From Narcine bancroftii (lineage: Eukaryota): a stretch of DNA of 64,000 bases. The notes below the pieces were generated by a model that searched no databases, was not told the origin of the DNA, and saw only the letters and a list, made by a program, of their open reading frames with translations. Both the position numbers and the translations under genes were made by a program. The stretch spans positions 105,648,001 through 105,712,000 of the forward strand of contig NC_091477.1 of the NCBI RefSeq assembly GCF_036971445.1, read 5' to 3'. Positions 1 through 12,732 of the stretch are shown piece after piece (position 1 is the first letter of the stretch; each line of letters begins with the position of its first letter).

Positions 1-359
1 TATACATTATATTTTTAAACACAGAACAGCTGTCATAGGAAGTCTGTCTCTCAGCTTCAGGAAATGTTCATCCCAGCAACAGTAATTCACATTTCCTCTT
101 CCCAAGTCAGTTTGAGAAGATGAACGCAATCCCTCTTATGAAAGCCACCTCCATTTCTTCTCAATAGCCCACAAAAAATCTTCACAACACAATCTGAAAA
201 CTATTGAAGCTCCTCCAATAGTGGAGGTGACATTCCAACACAAAGCAACATAACAAATGTAAATTGGCTATTTAACTCATGTTCAACTTCAAGATTTTCT
301 TTAGAAATAGGTTGCCACTATTGTATGCTAAGCAATATTTCAAAATTATAAATGGGTTC

Positions 360-792
360 TGTAAGGTAAAACATCATGAGATGGGAATGTGTAGGGAGTT
401 ACCCTGTACAGGGCTGTAACAAGAAGGGGAGGTGTCCTTGTACTCCTGTTAGGTAAAACATCATGAGATGGGAATGTACAGGGCTGTAACAAGATGTGAA
501 TGCATCCTTGTACTTACAAGATAAGAGAGACATTGATGGATTGAGAGGCAGGAAGCTAGCAGGGAAAGGATAGCAACAGTTTTAGTCATTGGACAAGTAA
601 TGATATGATGATGTTCTAAGCACATATCCAAGGGTATAAAAAATCACCATTTTGCTGATAACGGCAGAATGCATTCTCCGACTAACATGGTTAGTCGCAA
701 GTGTTACAATCCGGTAATAAAGAACAAAGAACTCTGATTTCGACTCAGCCTGGTGTTTGTCTCACTCATTCATGAACAAAGCAGACCTAACA
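360..792 (+). mobile_element. Solo LTR (Gypsy-like) with duplicated 5' segment
   Basis: TG...CA termini; 4-bp TSD GTTC (356-359, 793-796); TATAAAA near 635 and AATAAA near 716; near-identical to the reverse complement of 46097-46459. Confidence 0.9.
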
Positions 793-1265
793 GTTCTCAA
801 GAACCATGGGAGTTCCCATGAAAATGAAAAAAAAATCTATTTTCAGGCCTGCTGATTATAAAGTTGGTAAATTGAGCAGAGCACAGATTTGCATCCTCAT
901 TGAACTTCAAGAGAGCAACAAAGAGTCAGCTCATGAATCTGTTATTCCAGCTAATGAGCATGTGGGTGCACAACAGGTATAGGGCTTAATACATGTAAAT
1001 TCTAGGATAATTCAACATGCAACACAATCTTTAATAAAGACACATTCTAATATTTAATTTAGAACAAATGATATTAAAATCATAATTATGGTCAAAAAAT
1101 TAATGCTAACCATAAATTTGGCTTCATAAATTACTGGAAACATTTAACTTTCACTTAAAGTTAGCCTTAAAGCAAATATTTCATTCTTAGCTTTCTTCCC
1201 TTTTAACACCATAACCACACAGTTTGTTTGACAATACAATTCCCCAAAATGGATGTGAGCACTGC

Positions 1266-4200
1266 TGTGTGAATAATTCTGACACAAAGTCCACAGACTG
1301 TACAACAGGCTTAAGTTAGCTTAAACGTACACCAGTATCTATATCTTTGTTGGCTCCACACGTTTGGCTCTCCGAAGGGGCCGGCTCGAGTCTTTCAACA
1401 CGCCGGTGACTGACAGCAGACAGATACTGGTGCAGCTCCTCACACATGGGTGAATGCCAGGTATCCGAACATGGTGAAGATCTTCGCCAGTGCCTTGATA
1501 ATGGAGGCAGTGGAGGTGTCAGGACAAGGATGGCAAAGGGAAAAGAGGAGCATTTGTCTATGACTGAGAGGAAATAGACATTCTTATTAGTGGAAGGCAG
1601 TGGTCCCTTGAAGTTGACACTGAGTCACTCAAAGGGCTGAGTAGCCTTCACTACATGGGCCTGTGGCGGGCGGAAGAAGTGCGGTTTGCACTCCGCACAG
1701 ACCCTGCAGGACTCAATCAAGGTCTGGACTTCTTGGACGGTGAAGGGGATGTTCCAGGTCTTAATGAAGTGGTACAAGTGAGTGATGACTGGGTGGAAAA
1801 GGGTGTCATGCAGCACCTGAAAATGTTCGGACTACACACTCGTGCAAGTCCGGGACAGGGCATCGGGGGAGTCATTGGGCTTCCATGGCCTATACTGGAT
1901 GTTTTAGCTGAAAGTGGCCAGCTCAACTCTCCAGCTCAAGATCTTGTTGGTTTTGATTTTGCCTCCGTGGGTGGTGCTGAACATGAATGCCACTGCGTGC
2001 TGGTCTGTGAGAAGGGTGAACCTTCTGCCTGCCAAGTAGTGACGGCAGTGACGGACTGCTTCCACGATCACCTGGGCCTCCTTTTAGATGGTGGAGTGTA
2101 CGATCTCTGAACTGTGGAGGATCCTGGAGAAAAAGGCCCCGGGTTTTGAGAGTGGCAACGAGGGCAATGTCAAACGCTTCGGACTCCACCTGGAATGGAG
2201 TGGTTTCATCCACAGCATGCATTGTGGCATTGGCACAATGTGGGCGAAGGCTGCTTGCACATCGGCACGGAGGGGAAAAGTGGTGGCTTGGGCCAGTGGG
2301 CGGACCTTGTCTGAGAAGCGGAGGACTCACATAGAGAAGAGCCCTAGGCACCTGCGGAGGGCCTTGAGTGTGTGGGTAAGGGACAGTTCCATTAGGGGGC
2401 ACATGCATTTGGGGTCGGGACCAATGACATCCTGTTCCACAATGCACCCCAGGATGGCGAGGTGGGTGGTGTTGAACAAGCAGTAAGTGAGGTTCGGTGC
2501 CTCTGCTGTTCGGAGGAATCTTTCCAGGTTGAAATCATGGTCCTGCTGGTCATGGCTGCAGATGGTGACATTGTCCAGGTACAGGAAAGTTGTTCTTAGA
2601 TTGTGCTGGTCTACCATGCGGTCCATCTCCCACTGAAACACGGAGACTCCATTGTGACCCCAAACAGGACCCGGCAGAACTGGTAGAGGCACCCATCTGC
2701 CTCTAAGGCTATACAAGGTTTATCCTGATCATGGATGGGGAGCTAATGGTAGGCTGACTTCAGATCTAGGTTATCTTGTTAACCATGTTGGTGATGCGCG
2801 GCAGTGGGTAGATGTCCAGCTGGGTGTACCGGTTAACAATCTGGCTATAGTTTCAGATCTAGGTATCTTGTTGACCATGTTGGCGACGCGCGGCAGTGGG
2901 TAGATGTCCAGCTGGGTGTACCGGTTAATGATCTGGCTATAGTCAATGACCATTCTTGGTTTGCTATCCCCTTTTACAACAAGGACCTGGGCTCTCCAAG
3001 GGCAGGTGCTGGGGTCTATAACTCCTTCCGCTAGAAGCCGATAAAGGTCCTGTCGGCTGCACAGTAGCACCTGCTCTTGGCCGCTATAGGCTTACAGTTT
3101 GGCATCAGGATGCTGAAGAGGGATGGAGGGAACACCTGTAAGGTGGGAGCCCGCAGATGGACTGGGGGCAGTCGGTGGACTTTGTGCTGTGGATGGTGAG
3201 TGGGGGAGTGGGCCACCAAAGGTAAGGGTGAGGCTGTGGAGGTGACACAGGAAGACTTGTCCCAGGATAACCAGGGCACAGAACTTGGGCAAGACCAGGA
3301 GCCTGAACCCTTGATAGGTTCCCCCCATCCTCCCCACTGTCAAGTTTACTGAGCAGCATCCTAGTGCCGTGATGGAGAGGTCCTGGGGCATGAAAGCAAT
3401 AGTGAAGTTCGCTGGGTATACTTTGAGTTTCAGCATTCGGACCACATTCGGGAGCACAAAGCTCTCAGTTCTATCGCTATCAAACCGGCATTTTATTACC
3501 TTCCCATTGACAGTGATGTCCATCATCGAGTACCTGAGTCTGTAGAGAATATCCTCCATTAGTGTTGACGCTAAGACTGCCTCGGGGTCCGAGTCGCTGC
3601 TTCCCGACAGTTGTGGCAAGTAGTGCCGAATGGGTGCCTTTAGCAGTGTGGGGTGCGGCGAGAGCACGGTTTTGCCCATGCACGTGTTAACCACATCATC
3701 TGGTCGGCAAATTGGGGTGGTTGAAGTTTGGCTGACCCATGATGGTGGCACCCAGGACTTGTATATAGCTTTGGCAAGGTCGGGCGACTTGACTAGAAGT
3801 GATGTCATTGGTGCGGGTGTAAGTGACGCCACCGGTGTGGACAGAAGTTGGACGATGAAAGATGGTGGTGCCCATGGCGAGTACATGGTGGCGGCGTGGT
3901 TGGATGGCGAGGCCAGAAGTCACGTCGACGGTGCAGGCAGAAGTGGCGGCGGAGTAATGGCACTACTTGGCATCCGCACGTGGAAACGTCCCGAGAGTCG
4001 GAAGGGGTTTCCAGTGGGTTTAGAGAGGCACACTTTAGCAAAGTGGCCTTTCTTGCTGCATCAGGGGCAATGCAAGTTCCTCGCAGGGCAGTTCTTTCGG
4101 GAGTGCCTGTCTGACCCACACCGGGCCTGCAGTACTTACAGTGGCGGACTGTGTTGGTGATCATCTCTTCCACGCGAAAGCCCCTCAGCAACTGGTGCTG

Positions 4201-4750
4201 TCAGCGTCGGCCAGGCCGGAGGGTGGGGGAGGGGAGCATCGAAAGCCTCTACATGGTGAGTTGCAGCTTCAAGGGAGCAGACCACCTCCATGATCCTGGT
4301 AAGGGAGGCCTTATTCTCCTCCAACAGTGTCTTTCATGTTGTCCTTGACTGCAACCCTCGCACGCAGGCAGCTCGGATGAGTCGCTCTACCTCCCCAGCA
4401 GTCACCCAGCTTTGATCGTGTACGGTTATGCTAGTTCTCACAGTGCCTCCAGGTAAGTGTCTACTGTCTCACCTGGCTGCTGTACCCTGATGCTCAGCAG
4501 ATACTGGGCATAGAGTACATTCATCAGGGTGCCTTGTGGGCCCAGCTTGGTGCAAAGTATGAGTTTCTTCTGGTTAGTGTTGATGACCTCAGCCAGTGTG
4601 TGGATGATCACCACACTTCCAGATCTCGAAGTATGCTGGAGCGTCTGGGTGTTGAGGGTCGATATCCGACCTCTCGACGGTGAGGAACTTCTCCATGGTC
4701 CTTTTAATTTTAAGCTAATTAAATTATCACAAACACCAGACTTCACTCCA
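1266..4750 (-). mobile_element. Decayed Ty3/Gypsy LTR retrotransposon (gag-pro-RT-RNaseH-partial IN)
   Basis: Fragmented minus-strand ORFs: gag-like (4438-4746), zinc knuckle CSKKGHFAKVC (~4030), protease-like FDSDRTESF (3092-3886), RT 'PWRAQVLVV...MVIDYSQ' and 'YLDNVTI', RNase H 'FQVESEAFDIAL', integrase zinc finger 'LHDTLFHP...CRVC'; many frameshifts; ends approximate. Confidence 0.88.
2759..2943. repeat. ~93-bp tandem duplication inside the Gypsy RT
   Basis: ttcagatctagg...ctggctatagt occurs twice (2759-2851, 2852-2943) with a few substitutions. Confidence 0.9.
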
Positions 4751-4754
4751 TAAA

Positions 4755-5072
4755 GAATATCTATATGAGGCAGTGTCTTTTAAAAAAAAGCAGCCACTAT
4801 CCTCAAAGACCCCCCCCTACCATCCAGACCTCACTCTGCTGCCATCGGGAAAAAGGTACAGGAGCCTAAAGATGAGCACTCAGTAGCACAGGACAGCTTC
4901 TTCCCCACTGCCATCAGATTCGTGAATAATGAATAAACCAAAAACACTAAAGGTGTGCACTTTTTTTTATATATATTGCTGTAAGATGTTTTATAATATG
5001 AATGTTTGCACCATGATTCTGCCACAAAACACCAAATTTCATGACTTGTTCATGACAATAAATTCTGATTCT
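4755..5072 (+). mobile_element. Rex/Babar-like LINE 3' end
   Basis: 'cagcttcttccccactgccatcaga' and terminal aataaattctgattct; same family as 8876-9985, 15995-16275 and 63690-64000. Confidence 0.65.
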
Positions 5073-5074
5073 TC

Positions 5075-6080
5075 TCAGGCTGCACCCTCTGGGAGTATCT
5101 TCTCCATGTTCACTCTTTCCAATATTCAGTAGAGTTCAATAAGATTGTCCCCTCATTCTTTTAAAATCCAGCAAATACAGGCTCTTCGTATGCTAACCCT
5201 CTCATCTTCGGGATTATTCTCGTAAACCTGCTCTCTATCATTTCTAATGCCAGCACATTCTTCCTTAAGTATGGGTCCCAAAACTGCTCACAATATTCCA
5301 AACAGGATTGTAGTCATTTCAAAATGAATGCTAATAATGTATTTTCCTTCCTTATTACAGTCTCAACCTCCAAGATAAACTTTGGAGAATCCTGTACTAG
5401 TACTCCAAAGTTCCTTTGGAACTAGGATGATGGCAGTTGCTTTGAAACCACTGGGGACGATAGACTACTGCAGTCACATATTGAAGATGACCACAAGGAC
5501 CTCCGTCAGTTGGTCTGTGCAATCCAGTATCTGACCAGGTATGTTATCTGGTCCCACTGGCTTCTGTGGGTTTACCTGGACAGGGTTTCTCTCATCTCAC
5601 CCAAAGCTATGCAGGGGGCCCGTTTATCAGTAGGACATGGAGCTTTTTTCAGTGTCAGCCAGAAGATGATCAGTCTGTTCGGAAGGGAGACTCTCAAGTT
5701 TGTCTTGTAGTCTGTTATAGTTTTGATTCCTTGACACATTTACCTCATGTCACTGGTGTCGCATAACTGTCTATGGATCTTCTATGCGTATCCACGCTTT
5801 GCCTTCCGGATTACATGGGAGAGTACATCCCTGCCACCTTGTCTCCTGTCCAGAAGGCAACATCAAGAGCTCTGAGAAATGCCTGGACCTCTGCATCCAA
5901 CCATGGTTTCTGGTTAGCCTTGGTTGTGTAGCATTTGATCTAGGTGACATCCTCAATGCACCTGCTGATGTCACTGAGCTCATGTACTCCTCGATGTTTA
6001 CATGACCATTGTAAGTGGCAGCCTCTCTGAAAGAGTTCAAATCAATGGTCTCAAAGCAGTCATGTAGTGCTCTGTAGCTA
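5075..6080 (-). mobile_element. CR1-like fragment followed by a Rex/Babar-like LINE fragment
   Basis: Decayed LINE ORF2-like peptides (CFETID...FREAAT...NIEEYMSSVT; NQKPWLD). Confidence 0.55.
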
Positions 6081-7019
6081 TTGCTTTATTCCTCATAACA
6101 AATTCATTTTCTAGTTGTAAGGAACCTACAGTCACCTTTACAAATCATTCATGTCATTTTACATATGTGTGGAAACATACATGGTTCAGTTTTGTGTTCT
6201 TTGTGAACTGAATTTCATACTTTATATTTTATTTTTCAATCAAACTTCCAAAACAACTTCCAAACTGATTTATTTGAGCTACTGAGGGTAACAACTGCAA
6301 CCATTTTACTTTAAGATGCTTATTTGACTTTGACAAGGCATGACCAAGTCCAAGACCTGATGATCAAGATGTCAATGACTAATCCCTAAAGATTAAAAGT
6401 AAGCTTCATCTTCTTGGGGGAGAAGTGAGAGACAGAACTGACAGAAATATCTTGACATCAGTGACATTGGATTTGATCAATGTGACAAATACAATACTAA
6501 GCAGAGTAAGTTTACAAAGGTGCAGTGCATGGTTGTGAAACCATTCTGAAAGAATGGGAAGATCGTGATTTGAAAAGCGATGCTTATAGAGCCTGTTCCA
6601 AACCACACAGAAAGCAAGGAAACCCAACCATTCAGCCCTGGATCAAATAATGCCCACATGTTCACATGATGCTAAAGCACAAAATGACACATTGCAGTTT
6701 GAACATACTGTATGACACGTCAATTATGGTCACACAAATATTGGCCTGCATTGATTAAGAGTACTTCATGTGGGTTTCTCCAATCAATTTGTTCTTATAC
6801 CTTTCACCTAAGACTCAGTATGGCAATTATTCACACCAGTGATACTCAGCCACCACCCCCCACCCCCAAAATATATTCTATGCCTTTCCAAATTTGCTTC
6901 TTCCAAGTGGTATTCAATATCCAGGGTGAAAGATTACAATCAACAGCAATTAGCAACAATATTAAGGCTATCTTAAAGAATGCCATTACATCCGACAAGG
7001 TGAAATGAGATAGTATAAT

Positions 7020-8850
7020 TAACTGTGAAGCACCTCTTCGTAATGAACTCAACACCTTCTGTGCTCACTTCAAAAGGGATAAAAATCATGAACCCTTACA
7101 AACACCCCCACATCCCTCAGCAACCTCACCTTCCCAGTCACAGAGGTTGATGTGAAAAGAACCTTTACGAGGGTGAACCCTCGGAAAGTGTGTGGCTCAC
7201 ATGGTGAATTGGCCCCATCCTTAAAACCTGCACGGAACAACTGGCTGGAGTTCCTGCAGACATTTTCAATCTCTTGCTGCTACAGTCGGAGGTTCTCACG
7301 TGCATCGAAAGGACATTAATCATACTAATTCCCAGGAAGAGCAAGTTGACCTGCTTCAATGACTATTAGCCAGTGGGGCTTATGTCCACTGTGATGACAT
7401 TCTTTAAAGAATTTGGTTATGGAGCAAATAAATTCTCATCTCAGGAAGGATCAGGACCCACTTCAATTTGCCCAGCATTACAACATGGCCTGTTACTGTA
7501 ATGTATCTCAAAATTTAAAATTTAAAAACATAAAAATGGGCTTAAATTACTATCGACTGGTGGCTATGACATCCAATATCATGAAATGCTTAGAGAGGTT
7601 GGTCATGGCTCACAACAATTCAAGCTTACCAACTAGCCTTGACCCACTTCAACTTACCTACCAGCTAAATAAATCCGCAGTAGATGCCATCTCTCCAACA
7701 TTCTACTCTGCCCTAGAACACCGGGACTTGAAGGACACCTATGTTAGACTACAGTTCATAAACTATAGCTCAGACTTCGATAATCTCATTCCCAAACTTT
7801 AGGACCTAGGCTGAAGTTCTCCTTCTGCAATTGGACCCTTGACTTCCTGTCCAACAGACCACAATCAGTAAAGATGGGTAACAACAAACAATTAACAACA
7901 ATGGGCTGATATGATTGGTGTAGCGGTTAGCACAATGCCTTAACTGTCAGCGATCAGTTCTGGGTTTTAAATCCTACACCGTCTGTAAGAGGTTTGTATG
8001 TTTACCTGTGTCTGAGTAGATTTTCCCAGGGGTTCCTGTTTCCTCCCACCATTTGAAATGTAATGGGGGTTGTAGGTCAATTGGGTGTAAATTGGGCAGG
8101 TCAGACATGTGGGCCAAAATGGCCTGTCTAAATTTAAATTTAACATCTCTTTCCAAGATCACACTCAACACAAGCCCTCAAAGATGTGTATTTAATTTCC
8201 GAATACACATGTACCGCACCTACAACTGTACAACTAAATACCATACTATCTCAAAATTTGCCTATACCAGCCATCAAATAATGACAGGATGGTATATAGA
8301 ATGATTGAAAGCCCAGTGCCAACCTCCCTCTCAACATCAATAAGACAAGGGGCAGAGTCCACAACCCTGTCCACATTAATAACACTGAACCCAAAAGAAT
8401 AGACAGCTTTAAGTTCTTCAGAATAAATATCTTCAATGACCTGACCAGGGCTAAGCACATTGACGTGATGATCAAGAAAGAAGATCAATACCTCTACTTT
8501 CTTAGAAGCTTGGGATGTCTTCCTTGTCCCTCTACAACTTCCACAGGTATTCCAGCGAAAGCAAACCTGATGTGGGAGTTGCTTTGCTCACAATCGGAAG
8601 AATCTACAGAAGTCAGCAACTGCACCTCAGAACATAATGTGAATTCCCTCCATAGACTTAATCTAAATTTCCTACTGCCGAGGAAAGGCTGCCAACATAT
8701 CAAAAGGCCCATCGCACCCTGGACACACTCTCTACTCCTGCTTCCCATTTGTCGGGGGGAGGGGGGGAGGGCAAACGGAGGGAAGGAAGAGGCTCAAGAG
8801 TTTGAAAGCATGCACCAACAGGGTTAAAGATTTTCTTCTCTGCAGCAGAA
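7020..8850 (+). mobile_element. Rex/Babar-like LINE RT fragments (interrupted by a SINE)
   Basis: Peptides 'NYYRLVAMTSNIMKCLERLV', 'LDPLQ', 'DTYVRLQFINYSSDFDNLIP' are typical of Rex/L2-group RT. Confidence 0.75.
7903..8142 (+). mobile_element. tRNA-derived SINE
   Basis: A-box-like TGGTGTAGCGGTTAG, decayed B box, (aaattt)n tail; homologous to 61975-62225. Confidence 0.75.
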
Positions 8851-8875
8851 TGAAACCCATAAGAGTAGTATGCTT

Positions 8876-9985
8876 CAGAATCAGAATTATTGTCAAAAAC
8901 GTGTCACAAATATTGTTGTTTTACGGCAGCAGTATTGTGCATTACAGGTGCAAAAAAAATTGCTGTGAATTATATTTCCGTAATCACACTATTTAAAAAT
9001 AAATTTTAAAAATCGTGCAAAAGAAGAGAAAAAAGTGTCATTGTCCATTCAGAACTCTGATGGCAGAGGGGAAGAACTGCTTTTGCAACGTTGAGCATTT
9101 GTCTTCAGGCTCCTGTACCTTCTTCCTGATGGTAGCAGTGAGAAGAGGCCATGTAGGTGGTGAGGGCCCTTGATGATGGAGGCTGTTTTTTTTGAGACAC
9201 TGCCTCTTATAGGTGTCCTTAATGGAGTGAAGACTAATGCCCATGATGGCGCTGGCCAAGTTCACAACCCTCTGTAGCCTTTTCCTGTCCTTTGCATTGG
9301 CACCTCCATACCAGACAGTGATGCAACCAGTCAGAATGCTCTCCACAGTACAGCTATGATAATTTGCAAGCGTTTTTGGTGACATATCAAATCTCCTCAT
9401 AATAGTATTAATTCTTCACTCTTTATTGTGGGGGTGGGGAGGGGGGGGGGTTTAGGGGTTAAAAATAGTTTTTTTTTAGTCTTAGTTTTTAGTTGTTAGG
9501 GGGAGATGCCGAGATTGGTATTGTATTAACTATGTTACTTTGTACTTGTATTACTTTATTTTGTATTTTTTCTGTACGTGAATTACTTACTTTCTTCATA
9601 CGTTAAAATTAATAAATAAAGTTTAAAAAAAAATCTCCTCATGATCCTAATGAAATATAGCCGTTGGCTATATTTTTTCATGTCTATATCGATATGATGG
9701 CCTAAGGACAGATCTTCAGAGATGTTGATAGCCAGGAATTTGAAGTTCTTTACACTCTCCACTGCTGACCCCTTGATGTGGACTGGTTTGAGTTCTCCTG
9801 GTTTGCCAATCATGAAGTCCATAATCAGTTCCTTCGTTTTGCTAACATTGAGTGCAAGTTTGTTGTTGTGACACCACTCCACTATCTGATCAATCTCACT
9901 CCTGTGTGCTTCTTCAATGCCACCTATGATTCCGCCGACAACCGTGGTGTCATCGGCAAATCTGTAGATGACATTTGAATTTTGG
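8876..9985 (-). mobile_element. Rex/Babar-like LINE 3' portion (interrupted by an L1 tail)
   Basis: ORF peptides 'YRFADDTTVVG...WCHNNKLALNVSKTKELI' and 'CTVESILTGCITVWYG'; (ttctga)n tail near 8876. Confidence 0.85.
9401..9630 (+). mobile_element. 5'-truncated poly(A) retroposon (probably an L1 3' UTR)
   Basis: TSD aaatctcctcat (9389-9400, 9631-9642); G-rich tract, AATAAA and A-tail; splits the Rex ORF cleanly. Confidence 0.8.
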
Positions 9986-10328
9986 CAATTGATCTTTATT
10001 TTCATTGGAATCCTAAATTCTGTAATTGTTTTCTTTATATGGTTGTGAAAATGTTAACTACAACTTATTCATCTCCTTGCAAAGTACCCTCTCACTGTAC
10101 TAGGTACTAGTTATCCAGAATTCAAGCAACTGGCAACCCCAAATAAAATGGAGGAAATAAATAATAAATAGATAGATAGATAAATAAATAGGATTAAACA
10201 AAAATTTAAAATTGTAAAAGTAAATATTCTCTGAAGCAACACCCAACTCCTTGGTGAAAATGGGAACAAATATTCAGCCAGCAGAGTGCCCAGGTTGTGC
10301 CCTGCCTGCAGCAGCTGTTTGAATCAAA

Positions 10329-10925
10329 GGGTCCTCTACCGGCATCACCTACGGCTCCTAGAACGCTTCCACCAGCGTTGTCTCCGCTCCATCCTCAACA
10401 TCCATTGGAGCGCTTTCATCCCTAACATCGAAATACTCGAGATGGCAGAGGTCGACAGCATCGAGTCCACGCTGCTGAAGATCCAGCTGCGCTGGATGGG
10501 TCACGTCTCCAGAATGGAGGACCATCGCCTTCCCAAGATCGTGTTATATGGCGAGCTCTCCACTGGCCACCGTGACAGAGGTGCACCAAAGAAAAGGTAC
10601 AAGGACTGCCTAAAGAAATCTCTTGGTGCCTGCCACATTGACCACCGCCAGTGGGCTGATAACGCCTCAAACCGTGCATCTTGGCGCCTCACAGTTTGGC
10701 GGGCAGCAACTTCCTTTGAAGAAGACCGCAGAGCCCACCTCACTGACAAAAGGCAAAGGAGGAAAAACCCAACACCCAACCCCAACCAACCAATTTTCCC
10801 CTGCAGCCACTGCAACCGTGTCTGCCTGTCTCGCATCGGACTTGTCAGCCACAAACGAGCCTGGAGCTGACGTGGACTTTTACCCCCTCCATAAATCTTC
10901 GTCCGCGAAGCCAAGCCAAAGAAAA
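10329..10925 (+). mobile_element. 5'-truncated RTE-clade LINE (young), copy 1
   Basis: About 97% identical by eye to the 3' part of 51155-52368; C-terminal CxxC...HxxxC-type finger (last Cys is W here); imperfect TSD tgtttgaat(c/g)aaa. Confidence 0.92.
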
Positions 10926-11124
10926 TGTTTGAATGAAATGGCATTCCCCAGGATGAAGAGCTGGCATTGCCACTTGCCACTGGGGTGACTCTTCCAAAGC
11001 ATCTCCCTATCCCCTGTCTAGTAAGTCTTTATCTTTATTAGCATATTATTAAGTATATTTGTAAGGCTTTACCTATAAACTTGGGGGGAGGGGGGTTCAT
11101 TATGATCACGGCACAATAGGTAAT

Positions 11125-12549
11125 GTGTTATCATCATTCAGGGTCGTCAAAAGCTTGTCCACGAATGGAAATCCAGCTATTCTTCAAAAGACAAGAATCA
11201 ATGGCAAACACTAATGGCTGTCTTTTGTTCGCAAAAAGGATTGTGATTCCCAAAGCCCTGCAATCTACAATCCTCAAACAGTTTCATCATGGAATTGAGG
11301 GAAAGCATTTGCACAAAACTGTCTCTGATGGATGACCAGATTGAACAACTGTCACAGCCATGTATCCGATGTACCTTGGCTGCAAAATTCCCTGTCAAGA
11401 CAAATCTACATTCCTGGTCTCAACCAAGCAGGCCATGGAATTATCTTCATATTGACTCTACAGGACCAATTAATGAGGAGCACTACCTAATCGTAGTGAA
11501 CGCACACTCCAAAGCCTGAGCAGCTACATCGGCTACAATCATGGAACTCAAGTCCATATTCAATTGCTTTTGTTCTCCCGTAACATTAGTGTCAGACAAT
11601 GGGACACAATTCACTGCGGCCGACTTCAATTTTTTTTGCAAGCAATATGGCATTATGCATATTCAGTCACCTCCATATCATCCTCAGTCCAATGGTCAAG
11701 CAGAAGGTTTAGTGGATACATTTAAATGAATTCTGAACAAGGCCGGGGGGGGGGGGGTGGAGGGGAGGTCCAATGAAGGAGATCCTGCAGATGCTCTTGT
11801 TAAATTACAGGATCACTCCAAACCCACAAACTCCAGTGGCACTTGGCATGCTGAAAACCTCTTTGGAAGGAAAATACAAGCACCATATGACTTCATATTT
11901 CTACAAAGACCAGAATCTGGACCAAGAGATTATGAGATAGAACAACAATATAATCACTGGCATAGATCCAAAGAAAGCATGTTTCATGATGGTCAATGTG
12001 TATTGGTGCAGAAATACAGAGATAAGTCAGATGTATGGCAGCTGGGGAGAATACTAAGAAAAATTGGAGATGTTCTCTACCATGTACAAGTTGGACCAGA
12101 CAGATGGAACAGTAGCAACCTCATTGAAACAACACCTGTGTAACTCAGCCTGGATGCCCTATTGGACGCATTTGAACTTCAGAAAGCACTGAACCACCAA
12201 TCACACCCATTACACGGAAACGAGCCTATCCCTCTACATCATTGGAACCCTTAAAGAAGTCACAAGGAGTTCAGAGACCAGTGAAGCCCCTTCAAGTATG
12301 AGTAACCAGCTGAAAGGATGCCCTAAACAGAGCGAACCCACCAGCGCTAAGAGTGGGTGTTACCGGTTCTCGGGACTTGAGCCATCAATCAACTAATCCA
12401 GTCACATGTGTGTGAGATGGCTTGTGAAAGTTCCCTCGGGACCAAGGGCATTGTAAATACTTTAAATAGTTCTCTAATTGTAAATAAAAGGGTTCATTTT
12501 TTGGATTTGGGAAAACACTGGTGTCAGTCATTTCTCTCTGGGTCTAACA
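11125..12549 (+). mobile_element. Gypsy integrase fragment plus 3' LTR
   Basis: 'PWNYLHIDSTGP', 'LVSDNGTQF', 'SPPYHPQSNGQAE'; purine-rich PPT then TG...CA LTR at 12358-12549 containing AATAAA. Confidence 0.85.
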
Positions 12550-12700
12550 AGGTGGAAGTTTGTATTCCATACAACACATGAACAGAACAAAAATTTGGCA
12601 CATTTACAATACTTGGCATATTGAGTAATTTAATTTATACTGTTATTGTTGCTATCTGATGCACCTGTGTGGCTGCAGCAAGAAAGAATTTCATAGAATC

Positions 12701-12732
12701 ACACACACACACAAACACACACACACACACAC
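12701..12732. repeat. (CA)n microsatellite
   Basis: Directly visible; one interruption. Confidence 0.95.
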
